NCBI GenBank assembly: GCA_963775225.1
Contig: CAVZHW010000007.1
Span: 1,651-65,650, forward strand
Origin: an uncultured Chloroflexia bacterium
Lineage (GTDB): Bacteria; Chloroflexota; Limnocylindria; Limnocylindrales; CSP1-4
Length of the DNA stretch: 64,000 nucleotides
Direction: 5' to 3'
This document shows, in pieces, positions 16,597 through 29,779 of the stretch. Numbering within the stretch: position 1 is the stretch's first letter; each line of letters begins with the position of its first letter. Position numbers and translations under genes: made by a program. The notes below the pieces were generated by a model that was given only the letters and a program-made list of their open reading frames with translations, made no database searches and had not been told where the DNA came from.

Positions 16597-17580
16597 ATGC
16601 TGACGCAGAAGCCAGCCAGGTCACCACTCCCCGCGACCGGCGGCCGGCCATCCAGCGAAGACACAGTGTGCCTACTTCGAGGGCGAGTTCGTACCCCTCG
16701 CGGAGGCGCAAGATCCCGATCATGACCCACGGGTTCCTGTACGGCACGGCCAACTTCGAGGGTATCCGCGCCTACTGGAACGAAGAGCAGGGGCAGCTCT
16801 ACGGCACTCAAGTTGCTCGAGCACTACCAGCGCCTGTGGCGAATCGGCCAAGGTGTTGCTGATGAAGCCGCCGATGCCGCCCGAGGGGCTCGTCGAGTTG
16901 ACGGTCGACCTGCTGCGCCGCAACGGCTACCGGCAGGACACCTACATCCGGCCGACGCTCTACAAGTCGACCGAGGCGATCGGCGTCCGGCTGCACAACC
17001 TCGACGAGCAGCTGGCCATCTTCGCGGTGCCGTTCGGCGAGTACATCGCCATCGACCACGGCATCAGCGCGCAGGTCGTTTCGTGGCGGCGCAACAGCGA
17101 TCAGGCCCTGCCGGCCCGCTCGAAGATCGTCGGCGCGTACGTCAACAGCGCCTTCTCCAAGAGCGAGGCGGTGCTCAACGGCTACGACGAGGCGATCGTG
17201 CTGACGATGGACGGCCACGTGTCGGAGGGCAGCGCGGAGAACTTCTTCATCGTCCGCGACGGCAAGCTGATCACGCCCGGCGATCACCGACGACATCCTT
17301 GAGGGCATCACCCGGGCCGGGCTGATGCAGCTGGCGCGCGAGGAGATGGGCCTCGAGACGGTCGTGCGCACCGTCGACCGGAGCGAGCTGTACGTGGCCG
17401 ACGAGGCGTTCCTGTGCGGCACCGGGCGCGCAGATGTCGCCCGTCGTCGAGATCGACCACCGGTCGGTGGGCAACGGCGAGGTCGGGCCCGATCACGCGC
17501 CAGCTGGCGACGCTCTACTTCGACGTCGGTGCGCGGCCGCATGCCGGCCTACAGCGAACTGGCTGACGCCGATCTACTAG
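16597..17580 (+). pseudogene. ilvE: branched-chain amino acid aminotransferase (class IV), about nine +1 frame breaks as assembled; start ATG 16597 or GTG 16666
   Basis: These BCAT segments appear in successive frames, in order: AYFEGEFVPLAEA; KIPIMTHGFLYGTANFEGIRAYWNEEQGQLY; LEHYQRLWR; SAKVLLMKPPMPPEGLVELTVDLLRRNGYRQDTYIRPTLYKS...GKLITP; ITDDILEGITRAGLMQLAREEMGLETVVRTVDRSELYVADEAFLCGTG; AQMSPVVEIDHRSVGNGEVG; PITRQLATLYFDV; VRGRMPAYSE; and WLTPIY*. Confidence 0.8.
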
Positions 17581-17661
17581 CTCGGCTGACCGCGCCCGGG
17601 GTGGCGCCGGCCGCCTGGCGAGGCGCGGGTGGAACGCGCTCGGCTATTCTCTTGAGGCCCG

Positions 17662-21037
<3,376 letters not shown>

Positions 21038-21041
<4 letters not shown>

Positions 21042-21574
21042 TCGAGCGACTCGTCCGGCGGCGCTGGCTGCTCTTCGTCGTCCTGGCGGCGGCCGTGGTC
21101 GTGGCCGACCAGGCGAGCAAGCTGTGGATCGACGCCAACTTCGCCGCCGCCTCGATCCAGCCACTGCCGGGTAGTGCCCAGCCGACCGACGTGATCGATG
21201 GCCTGGTGCGCATCGCCAAGGCCTACAACAGCGGGGGCATCTTCGGACTGTTCGGCAACTCCGCCGCCGTGCTCGCCATTTCGAGCACCCTGGTCATCGC
21301 GGGCATCGTCTACTACCAGGCGCGCGAGGGGGTGCGCGGTCCCTGGCTGCTCACAGTTGCGCTCGGTCTTCTGCTCGGCGGGGCGGTCGGCAACTTCCTC
21401 GATCGCGTGCGCCTGGGCGCGGTCATCGACTTCGTCGATATGGGCATCGGGAACTGGCGCTGGTACACGTTCAACGTGGCTGATGCCGCCATCAGCACCG
21501 CCCTGCTGTTGCTGATCCTGCTGGCCATCTTCGGCGAACGGCTGACCCGCCGGGTGGCGGCCCACGCGGGCTGA
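21038..21574 (+). CDS. lspA: signal peptidase II
   Basis: ADQASKLWI and FVDMGIGNWRWYTFNVADAAIS motifs. TTGA overlap with ileS. Confidence 0.9.
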
Positions 21575-22506
21575 TGTCCGAGCGGCTGACGGTGACAGTG
21601 CCTGCCGGCCGCCGTGGTGCGCGAGCCGACCGCGTCGTGGCCGACGCGGTCGGGCTGTCGCGCAGCTACGTCCAACAACTCATCGGCGAAGGTCGGCTCA
21701 CGCTCGGCGGCCGGCCCGTCAAGAGCAACACACTGCTCGATCCGGGAGCCAGCCTGGAACTCGACGTTCCGCCGCGCGAGCCGGCGACGGTCGAGCCGCA
21801 GGAAATGCCGCTGCGCATCGTGTACGAGGATTCCGGGGTGCTGGTCATCGACAAGCCGTCCGGCCTGGTGACCCATCCGGCGCCCGGGCACCGCTCGGGC
21901 ACGCTGGTCAATGCGCTGCTGGCCCGCGGCGGCGCTGCCGCCTACGGGCAGATCGGCGGCGCCGAGCGAAGCGGCATCGTGCACCGCCTCGACCGCGACA
22001 CGAGCGGACTGATCCTTGTCGCCCGCAGCGATACCGCACAGGCCGCTTTGATGGCCCAGCTGCGCGCGCGGCGAGTCAAGAAGACCTATCTCGCGCTGGT
22101 AGCTGGAACGCCGCCCGCGCAGGTCGGGCGAATCGAGGCTCCGGTCGGCCGCGACCCGCGCCATTTCGGCAGGATGGCCGTGGTTGCTGGCGGCCGTCCC
22201 GCGGTGACTGGTTATCGGGTTCGCGAACGCTTCGGGCACTGGACACTGCTCGAGCTTGACCTGGTCACCGGGCGGACACACCAGATCCGCGTTCACCTCG
22301 CCTCGATCGGCCATCCCGTCGCCGGTGACCCGGTGTACGCAACTGGTCCCGCGCGCAGCGGGCCGGCCGGACTGATGCGCCTCTTCCTGCATTCGCGGCG
22401 GATCGAGTTCGTGTCGCCGGCGACCCAGGAGCTGGTGCGCGCCGAGGCGCCCCTGCCGCCCGAGCTCGAGGACGTGCTGGCCGGCCTGCGCGAGACACAA
22501 CGGTGA
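21574..22506 (+). CDS. rluD: RluA-family 23S rRNA pseudouridine synthase (RluD-like)
   Basis: S4 domain followed by the HRLDRDTSGLILVARS catalytic motif. Confidence 0.9.
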   Translation: MSERLTVTVPAGRRGARADRVVADAVGLSRSYVQQLIGEGRLTLGGRPVKSNTLLDPGASLELDVPPREPATVEPQEMPLRIVYEDSGVLVIDKPSGLVTHPAPGHRSGTLVNALLARGGAAAYGQIGGAERSGIVHRLDRDTSGLILVARSDTAQAALMAQLRARRVKKTYLALVAGTPPAQVGRIEAPVGRDPRHFGRMAVVAGGRPAVTGYRVRERFGHWTLLELDLVTGRTHQIRVHLASIGHPVAGDPVYATGPARSGPAGLMRLFLHSRRIEFVSPATQELVRAEAPLPPELEDVLAGLRETQR

Positions 22507-23156
22507 ACGAGCTTCAGCGGCCGACAGTCGCCATCGTCATTTCCGGTCCGTCGCGGACGGGCAAAACGACGGCGGCCAACATCCTCGCCGAGCGCTACGA
22601 CATCCCGAACGTCAAGATCGGCGAGGAGTTCCGCAGCCGGACGGGCATCGACACCTCGAAGTTCGTGACCCGCGATCCGGAGATCGATAAGGAGATGGAC
22701 GAGCTGCAGGCGGCCATGATTCGAACCGCGGACCCGGCTGCGCCGTTCATCCTGGAGGGCCGGCTGGCGGCGTTCCTGGCCAGCGAGGAGAGGGGGCGAC
22801 GCACCCTGCCCGTGGCGACCGTCCTCTTCTGGGCGCCTGAAAGGGTCAGGATGGAGCGCCAGCTGAGAAAGGTCAGGCGCGATCATCCCGGTTCGCCGGC
22901 CACGCTGGCGCAACTGTCGGCCGGTGAGCGTGAGCGCGAAGCGTCGGACATGGCCATCTGGAAACTGGTGCACCCCGAGCTCGACGACCGCAACCTCTTC
23001 GACCCGAAGCTGACCGACCGCAGTGGCCGGCGTGTTTACGACCTGGTGGTCGACACGCGCATGGGCATGCCCGACGCGTGCGCCGACTACGTGCACCGGT
23101 GGCTGCAGCAGAAGGGCCTGATGGCACCCGCCGATATGGTGTCGCGGGCTGGTTGA
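22503..23156 (+). CDS. P-loop NTPase, cytidylate-kinase-like family protein
   Basis: Walker A GPSRTGKTT plus an NMP-kinase-like layout. No closer match was recognised. Confidence 0.55.
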   Translation: MNELQRPTVAIVISGPSRTGKTTAANILAERYDIPNVKIGEEFRSRTGIDTSKFVTRDPEIDKEMDELQAAMIRTADPAAPFILEGRLAAFLASEERGRRTLPVATVLFWAPERVRMERQLRKVRRDHPGSPATLAQLSAGEREREASDMAIWKLVHPELDDRNLFDPKLTDRSGRRVYDLVVDTRMGMPDACADYVHRWLQQKGLMAPADMVSRAG

Positions 23157-23199
23157 GGCCGTCCTGGGAAGTCCCGCCTCACTGCGTCGCTACCTCGAG

Positions 23200-25481
23200 G
23201 TGGCGGTGGATGCCGTCGGGCCGGCTGGTGGCCAGACGTTCACTTACCACACGTCCGAGGCGACGGCCGACGTCCAGCTCGGTGAGGCGGTCCTGATCGA
23301 GTACGGGCGCCGGCGGGCAATCGGCGTGGTGCTCGCCGAGGCCGCTCACGACGCGGGGCGCGAGACGAAGCCGATCCTCGCGCGGGTTCGCAGCGACGGC
23401 CCGCTGGTGCCCCGGCTGCAGCTCGAACTGGCGCGCCATATCGCGGGCCATTACCTTGCCCCTCCGGCACTGGTCGTGCGCGCCATGCTTGCGCCGGGCA
23501 TGCTCGAGCGGCTCGAACGGGTAGCCCGCCGCGCGGGCGACGAGGCAGGCGGCGTGGACACCGAGTGGCGCATCATCGCGCCGCGGAGCCGCGAGCAGAT
23601 TCGAGCGCCGGGCGAACCTCACCGAAGTCGGCGCAAGGGCGGCGGGCGAGCTCGTTGCCGGCCGCGATCCGGGCGTGCGCGGACTGGGCCCGCGCCAGTT
23701 GGAAGTCATGCGCGAACTGTTCGCCACGGCCGGGCCGCTGCCCGCCGCGGGCCTCACCCAGGCGCACGGGTCGAGCCCGTTGCCGGCGCTCGTGCGGCGT
23801 GGCCTGGTCGAGCTGTCGAGCGCGCGCGTCGAGCGCCGGCCGCTGGCGCAGCGCCCTATGCCGGAGCGCGGGACACTGCCCGGAAACGCGACACTGACCG
23901 ACGAGCAGAAGCGTGTAGTCGAGCGCATCGCGCACCTGGTGCGTGACCGCCGAGCACGCGACTCTGCTGCTCGAGGGCGCGCCGGCGTCGGGCAAGAGTG
24001 CCGTTTACGCGGCGGCAATCGGCGCGTGTCTGGCCGCCGGCCGCCGTGCGCTGGTGCTGGTGCCCGAGATCGCCCTCGGCGTGCCGCTGCTCGAGCGGCT
24101 CCAGCACGACCTGGGCACGGACGTGGCGTTGCTCCACAGCGCGCTCTCGGAGGGCGAGCGGGCGGACGAGTGGCGGCGCATTCGGGCCGGTGAGGTGGCG
24201 GTCGTCGTCGGCACGCGCATCGCCGTCCTGGCGCCGCTGGCCGACGTGGGCCTGGTCATCGTCGACGAGGAGCACGACGCCGCCTACAAGTCCGAGCGCA
24301 CGCCGCGTTACCAGGCGCGCGACATGGCGGTCGTGCTCGGCCGGCTGGCGCACGCACCGGTGATCCTGGGCAGTGCCACGCCCGACGTGGCCACGCTCGG
24401 CCGCACGCGCCTGGGCAGCTTCGAGAGATATGTTCTGCCGGAGCGCGTCGCCGGCAACCCGGCGCGGGTCGAGGTCGTCGATCTGCGCGCCGAGTTGGCG
24501 GCCGGCAACCGGGGTTTGCTGTCGGGCCGGCTGGTCGAGGAGCTGGCCGCACTCAACACGCCCGACGGCGAGCAGGCGATCCTGCTCATTAACCGCCGCG
24601 GCAGTGCATCGGTCGTTATCTGCCGTGACTGCGGCTACATCCAGATCTGCCCCGAATGCCAGCGGCCGCTGGTCTTCCACGCCGCGTCGGTCGCGTTGCG
24701 CTGCCATCACTGCGGCGCGGTGGCGCCGGTGGCGCGGCGCTGCCCCGCGTGCCAATCGCCACGCATCCGCTACCTGGGCGGTGGCACCGAGCGGGTCGAG
24801 CGCGAAGTGGCGATCCGCTTCCCACACCTGCGCGTCGGCCGCCTCGACCGCGATGTCGTGGAGCGACATGGCGGGGCGACGCGCGTGATCGACGACTTCA
24901 CAGCCGGCCAGCTGAACGTGCTTGTCGGCACTGCGCTGGTAGCCAAAGGACTGGACGTGCCGGCGGTCACGCTGGTGGGTGTGGTATCGGCCGACATCGC
25001 GCTCAACCTGCCCGACGAGCGAGCCGCGGAGCGGACCTACCAGTTGCTCGCACAGGCCGTCGGCCGTGCCGGCCGTGGCGAGCGGCGCGGACTGGCGCTG
25101 ATCCAGACGTACCTGCCCGAGCACCCGGTCGTGCGCGCGATCGCCGATGGTGAGCCGGGCGAGTTCTATGAGCACGAGCTCGCGGCACGGCGGCGCTTCA
25201 GATCGCCGCCGTTCGGGCAGTTGATCAGGCTCACCGTGGCGGTCGACGATCGCGACGCGGCCCTGTCGCGCGCGGCGAAGATGGCCGGCTTGCTGCGCGA
25301 ACGCGCCGCCCAATCGTCCGCCGAGGTCGAGGTGCTCGGACCGGTGCCGGCCTACGTCGCGCGGCGTGCCGGGCGCTGGCGCTTCCACGTCGTACTGCGC
25401 GGCGACCGCCCGGCGGAGGTGCTGGGCGGCGATCCGGGCATTCCGTGGTCGGTTGACGTCGACCCCGAAAGCCTGCTCTAG
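23200..25481 (+). CDS. priA: primosomal protein N' (replication restart helicase PriA), two apparent +1 frameshifts (about 23580-23600 and 23935-23950)
   Basis: N-terminal QTFTYHTSEATADVQLGEAVLIEYGRRRAIGVV. Walker A EGAPASGKSAVY. VIVDEEHD box. Cys-rich region CRDCGYIQICPECQRPLVFH..LRCHHCG..CPAC. Confidence 0.9.
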
Positions 25482-25515
25482 GCGGCTCCGGGCGGTCGGC
25501 TGGGGCGCCGTTGCC

Positions 25516-25521
25516 TATACT
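25516..25521 (+). promoter_or_regulatory. -10-like TATACT 8 nt upstream of ATG 25530 (leaderless def candidate)
   Basis: Hexamer geometry with no SD. Confidence 0.4.
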
Positions 25522-25529
25522 CGGGCGCA

Positions 25530-26045
25530 ATGACCATCCAACCGATCATCACCCTCGGTGATCCGCGCCTGCGTCTCAAGGGCCAGCCGGTCGACAGCTT
25601 CGGCAGGTATCTGCACGAGCTGCTCGACGACCTGGCGGCGACGATGCGCGCGGCGCCGGGCGTGGGCCTCGCTGCACCGCAGCTGGGCGTGGCACTGCAG
25701 GCGTGCGTGGTCGAGGTGGAAGGTAAGCTGCACGAGCTCATCAACCCACGCCTCGTGCGCACCAGCGGCGACGACCGAGACCTCGAGGGCTGCCTGTCGA
25801 TACCCGGCTACGTCGCGTACGTGACACGCCGTGAGCAGGTATGGGTCGTCGCCCAGAACCGCCACGGCCGGCTGATCAAGCTGGCCGGGCGCGGCCTGCT
25901 GTCGCGTGCCCTTCAGCACGAACTCGACCACCTGCAGGGCAAGCTGTATATCGACTACCTAGAGTCGATGGACGAGCTGATTCCGGTCGCCCAGCGCGAC
26001 GAGGAGCCGGCCGAGCAGGGCGCTGAGTTAGCGCCGCTCGCATGA
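25530..26045 (+). CDS. def: peptide deformylase
   Basis: GVGLAAPQ, EGCLSIPG and HELDHLQG motifs. Confidence 0.95.
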   Translation: MTIQPIITLGDPRLRLKGQPVDSFGRYLHELLDDLAATMRAAPGVGLAAPQLGVALQACVVEVEGKLHELINPRLVRTSGDDRDLEGCLSIPGYVAYVTRREQVWVVAQNRHGRLIKLAGRGLLSRALQHELDHLQGKLYIDYLESMDELIPVAQRDEEPAEQGAELAPLA

Positions 26046-26049
26046 CCGG

Positions 26050-27024
26050 ATGACCGAGGGCGCCGCGGGGAGTGCCGCGCGAACTCTCTTTTTTGGGAGC
26101 GGCAGGTTCGCGTTGCCCATCGTGCGTGCGCTCGAGCGCCATCCGGCAGCGCAGCTGCTCGGGGTGATCACCGCGCCGGCACACGGCGACCCGGCCGACG
26201 AGCCGCCCGTCGCAGTCTGGACCCACGAGCGCGGGCTGCCGATGCTGCGCCCCGAGCGGCTGGGCGACCCGTCGGCGATTGACGCCATCCGGCGTGCCGC
26301 GCCCGACCTGCTGGTACTCGCCGACTATGGCCAAATCGTGCCCGCTGAAGTGCTCAGCATGCCCCGCCTCGGCGCGCTCAACCTGCATCCGTCGCTGCTG
26401 CCGCGGCATCGCGGCGCTGCGCCCATCCAGACCGCGATCCTCGAAGGCGACACCCAGACCGGCGTGACGATCATCCAGATGGACGAGGGTCTCGACACGG
26501 GACCGATCGTGGCCCAGCGAGCGGTGACGCTGTCGGGCGACGAGTCGGCGCCCGACCTGGAGGCGCGTCTGTCGGCGGTCGCCAGCGATCTGCTGAACGA
26601 GACGCTGGGGCCGTGGCTGGCGGGCGAGATCACGCCCGAGCCTCAGACGGCTGACGGTGCCACGGCGACGCGCACGCTGCGCCGCGAGGACGGCCGTCTT
26701 GACCCGGTCCACGGCGTCTCCCATCTGTACCGCCAGGTGCGCGCCTACCAGCCCTGGCCGGGCACGTTTATCGAGACCAACGCCGGGCGGGTAATCGTCT
26801 GGGACGCGCGGCCCTTGGGCGGCGTCGCCACGCGGCGGCCAGGGACGCTGCTGGCCCTGCCGGCCAATCGGGCCGCGCTCGCGGCCGCCGACGGATTGTT
26901 CGAGCTGATCGAGGTACAGCCCGCTGGTGGCCGCCGCATGAGCGGCGCCGAGCTGTTGCGCGGTCGCCCGGGCCTGGTCGGCTCACTGGTCACAGCGCCG
27001 TCGGAGGCCGACGAGGAGACTTGA
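26050..27024 (+). CDS. fmt: methionyl-tRNA formyltransferase
   Basis: NLHPSLLPRHRGAAPIQ motif. Follows def. Confidence 0.95.
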   Translation: MTEGAAGSAARTLFFGSGRFALPIVRALERHPAAQLLGVITAPAHGDPADEPPVAVWTHERGLPMLRPERLGDPSAIDAIRRAAPDLLVLADYGQIVPAEVLSMPRLGALNLHPSLLPRHRGAAPIQTAILEGDTQTGVTIIQMDEGLDTGPIVAQRAVTLSGDESAPDLEARLSAVASDLLNETLGPWLAGEITPEPQTADGATATRTLRREDGRLDPVHGVSHLYRQVRAYQPWPGTFIETNAGRVIVWDARPLGGVATRRPGTLLALPANRAALAAADGLFELIEVQPAGGRRMSGAELLRGRPGLVGSLVTAPSEADEET

Positions 27025-27027
27025 GGT

Positions 27028-27033
27028 TAGGAT
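27028..27033 (+). promoter_or_regulatory. -10-like TAGGAT 6 nt upstream of ATG 27040 (leaderless rlmN candidate)
   Basis: Hexamer geometry with no SD. Confidence 0.35.
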
Positions 27034-27039
27034 GCGTTG

Positions 27040-28248
27040 ATGGGCTCCGATCCCGCGCCGGAGCCGCGGGCGCAACCAGCCACCCCATCCGTGCACTCGC
27101 TGCCTGACCGGAGACCCGGACTGGCGGGCGTCATGCCGGCCGACCTCGCGCGCTGGCTGGCGGCCCGCGGCCAACCATCCTTCCGCGCCCGCCAGCTGGC
27201 CGACCACGTCTGGTCCGCCTCCGCGCAGTCGGTGTCCGAGCTGCACACCGTGCCGCTCGGGCTGCGCGACGAACTCGAGGCCGACTTCCGCCTCAACACG
27301 CTGACCGAGACCGACGTGCGCGCGGCCGATCAGGACCTGACCCAGAAGGCGCTACACCGCCTGGCCGACGGCGCGCTGATCGAGTCGGTGCTGATGCGCT
27401 ATCCGGCCCGCGGCTGGCGCCGGGCACGGGCCACGGTGTGCATCTCCAGCCAGGCCGGCTGTGCCGTGGGCTGCCCGTTCTGCGCTACCGGCGAACTCGG
27501 CTCCGGTCGAGACCTGGAGGCGGCCGAGATAGTCGACCAGGCGCGCTTCTGGCGCCACTGGCTGGCCGGCGTCGGGCAGCGGCTGACCAACGTCGTGTTC
27601 ATGGGCATGGGCGAGCCATTGCTCAATACCGAGCGGGTGCTCGCGGCGGCCGAGGCCATCACCGACCGTTCCCGCCTAGGCCTCGGCGCACGCCACGTGA
27701 CGATCAGCACGAGCGGGGTGGTTCCGGGCATCAGGCGCTTGACCGAGCTCCGCCCGCAGTGGACGCTGGCCGTGTCACTGCACGCAGCGCGCTCGCAACT
27801 GCGCGACGTACTGGTCCCGCTCAACCGGCGCTATCCGCTGCCGGAAGTGATCGACGCCGCGGCCGGCTACGCCGCCGCGACCGGCCGGCGGGTAACGTAT
27901 GAGTACGTGATGATCGACGCGGTCAACGACACGCGCGAAGACGCGGCGGCGCTGGCTCAGCTGCTCGGCGGCCAGCTGGCGCACGTCAATCTCATCCCCA
28001 TGAATCCGGTCGCGCATACGCCCTGGCAACCGAGCTCAGTTGAGCGCACGGAGGCGTTCGCGGCGATCGTTCGCACGGCCGGTATCTCGACCACGGTGCG
28101 GCGCAATCGGGGTGTCGAGATCGGCGCCGCATGCGGTCAGCTGGCGGCCGATCGCGCCGGCCAGCCGGCGCCGGAGACCGTCGCGCGGCGCCGGCAGCTG
28201 CTGGTCATGCAGAGCGCGGCCGCGCTCGCCGGTCGCGAACAGGGCTGA
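27040..28248 (+). CDS. rlmN: 23S rRNA (adenine2503-C2)-methyltransferase, radical SAM
   Basis: CISSQAGCAVGCPFCATG (CxxxCxxC) and MGMGEPL motifs. Confidence 0.9.
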   Translation: MGSDPAPEPRAQPATPSVHSLPDRRPGLAGVMPADLARWLAARGQPSFRARQLADHVWSASAQSVSELHTVPLGLRDELEADFRLNTLTETDVRAADQDLTQKALHRLADGALIESVLMRYPARGWRRARATVCISSQAGCAVGCPFCATGELGSGRDLEAAEIVDQARFWRHWLAGVGQRLTNVVFMGMGEPLLNTERVLAAAEAITDRSRLGLGARHVTISTSGVVPGIRRLTELRPQWTLAVSLHAARSQLRDVLVPLNRRYPLPEVIDAAAGYAAATGRRVTYEYVMIDAVNDTREDAAALAQLLGGQLAHVNLIPMNPVAHTPWQPSSVERTEAFAAIVRTAGISTTVRRNRGVEIGAACGQLAADRAGQPAPETVARRRQLLVMQSAAALAGREQG

Positions 28249-28252
28249 TCTC

Positions 28253-28957
28253 CTGGAGCGCCCGCGCGCGGTCGAGGTCGCCGCAAGCATCCTGACCGCC
28301 GACTTCGGCAACCTCTATCGCGTCGTACGCAAGCTCGAGCGCGCCGGTGTCGACCGCTTCCATCTCGATGTCATGGACGGGCACTTCGTGCCCAACATCA
28401 CCTTCGGGCCCGACATCGTCGCCGCGATCCGCCGTCTCACGGCACTGCCGATCGACGTCCACTTGATGATCTCCGAGCCCTCGCGCTACGTGCCGCGCTT
28501 CCTCGACGCAGGCTCGGACAGCATCACCTTTCACGTCGAGGTCCACGAGCCGCCCGCGGTCAAGCGCGAAACGCTCCAGCGCATCAGCGCCGCGCGCCGA
28601 TTGCCGGGCCTCGCGGTGAGCCCGCTGACCGCCACCGACGCGGTCGAGCCGTACCTCGACGAGCTGTCAATCATCATGATCATGACCGTCGAGCCCGGCT
28701 GGGGCGGACAACATTTCATGGCCGACCATGCGCACAAGATCGCCCAGGCGCGCCGGCTACTGCGCGGGCGCCCTGACGGCCGGGTCCACGCCGACGGCGG
28801 CGTCAGCGCCGAAACGGCTGAGATCGTAGGCAGCTACGGCGTGGATGTGTGCGTCGTGGGTTCGGCGCTCTTCCAGCGCGGGCGCGACACGGCGCTCGAA
28901 GTGGAAGCGGTCAAGCGTGCGGCGGCCGGCGCAGCGGCGCCGCTGTCGAGCGACTAG
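28253..28957 (+). CDS. rpe: ribulose-phosphate 3-epimerase (start codon uncertain)
   Basis: ASILTADF, HLDVMDGHFVPN, MTVEPGWGGQ and DGG motifs. There is no canonical start after the rlmN stop, and CTG 28253 is the first plausible one. Confidence 0.85.
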   Translation: MERPRAVEVAASILTADFGNLYRVVRKLERAGVDRFHLDVMDGHFVPNITFGPDIVAAIRRLTALPIDVHLMISEPSRYVPRFLDAGSDSITFHVEVHEPPAVKRETLQRISAARRLPGLAVSPLTATDAVEPYLDELSIIMIMTVEPGWGGQHFMADHAHKIAQARRLLRGRPDGRVHADGGVSAETAEIVGSYGVDVCVVGSALFQRGRDTALEVEAVKRAAAGAAAPLSSD

Positions 28958-28967
28958 GCGGGCTGCG

Positions 28968-29417
28968 ATGCGCCTGCTGATTCAGCGTGTGACGCGTGCC
29001 GAGGTACGAGCCGAGCGCAAGCTGGTGGGCTCGATCAGCGCAGGTTTGTTGGTGCTCGTAGGCGTCGGCGAGGGCGACACCGAGGCCGACGCCGACGGAC
29101 TCGCTGACAAGACCTTCAAGCTGCGCATCTTCCGCGACGAGAGCGGCTTGACCAATTGCTCGCTGATCGAGGTGGGCGGCGAGATGCTCGTCGTCAGCCA
29201 GTTCACGCTGTACGCCGACACGAGCCACGGCCGCCGGCCGTCGTTCATCCGTGCCGCGCCGCCCGAGCTCGCGGAGGCGCTGTACGAGCGGTTTGCCGCG
29301 GCCGTCGAGGCGCGCGGGGTCACTGTCGCACGCGGCGTGTTCGGGGCGGAGATGCAGATCGAGCTGGTCAACGACGGTCCGATGACGATCTGGCTCGACT
29401 CGGACGCGAGCCGCTGA
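28968..29417 (+). CDS. dtd: D-aminoacyl-tRNA deacylase
   Basis: MRLLIQRV, VVSQFTLYADT and NDGPMTIWLD motifs. Confidence 0.9.
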   Translation: MRLLIQRVTRAEVRAERKLVGSISAGLLVLVGVGEGDTEADADGLADKTFKLRIFRDESGLTNCSLIEVGGEMLVVSQFTLYADTSHGRRPSFIRAAPPELAEALYERFAAAVEARGVTVARGVFGAEMQIELVNDGPMTIWLDSDASR

Positions 29418-29461
29418 GCGAGCCCGTCGGGGGATCTGCGGCCGGACTTTGGAGCGGCCGG

Positions 29462-29656
29462 TCAGGCTGTCTTCTGAAGCGTCCTGCGGCAGCGCGTGCA
29501 GATCAGCACCCGGCGGGCGGTGCCGCCCTGCTCGAGGCGCATGGGCTGAAGATTGGGCTGGTAGCGGCGATGTGCACGAACGCGGTTCATGCCGGTCGAC
29601 TGCGGATTGAAGCCGCCCATCGACACCTTGCCGCAGATGGCGCAGGCGCGAGCCAT
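29462..29656 (-). CDS. rpmB: 50S ribosomal protein L28
   Basis: MARACAICGK..NRVRAHRRYQPNLQ, 64 aa. Confidence 0.9.
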   Translation of the reverse strand: MARACAICGKVSMGGFNPQSTGMNRVRAHRRYQPNLQPMRLEQGGTARRVLICTRCRRTLQKTA

Positions 29657-29720
29657 GGTCTGACGAAGTCTCCGAATGAGGTGGGAATTGGGGCGTCCCG
29701 AAACGACGTCCCGGCTGGCT

Positions 29721-29729
29721 ACTATAGCA
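29721..29729 (-). promoter_or_regulatory. extended -10 TGcTATAGT (minus strand) for rpmB, overlapping plus-strand TACTAT (29720-29725) for asp23
   Basis: The near-palindrome gctactatagcac sits in the divergent intergenic region. Confidence 0.4.
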
Positions 29730-29779
29730 CGGTGGCCAGCGCGACTGACCCGTCCGGGAGCCGGGGCGGAGGAGGGGAG

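Noticed and set aside
17581-17661. GCGGGTGGAACGCGC upstream of ileS resembles the T-box core (GGGUGGUACCGCG), suggesting a T-box riboswitch.
   Set aside because: The spacer is only 81 nt, and I found no specifier loop or stem I. The putative UGGA would pair with a U73 tRNA, not with tRNA-Ile (A73). The match lacks one base of the core. This is more likely a pair of GC hairpins terminating ilvE.
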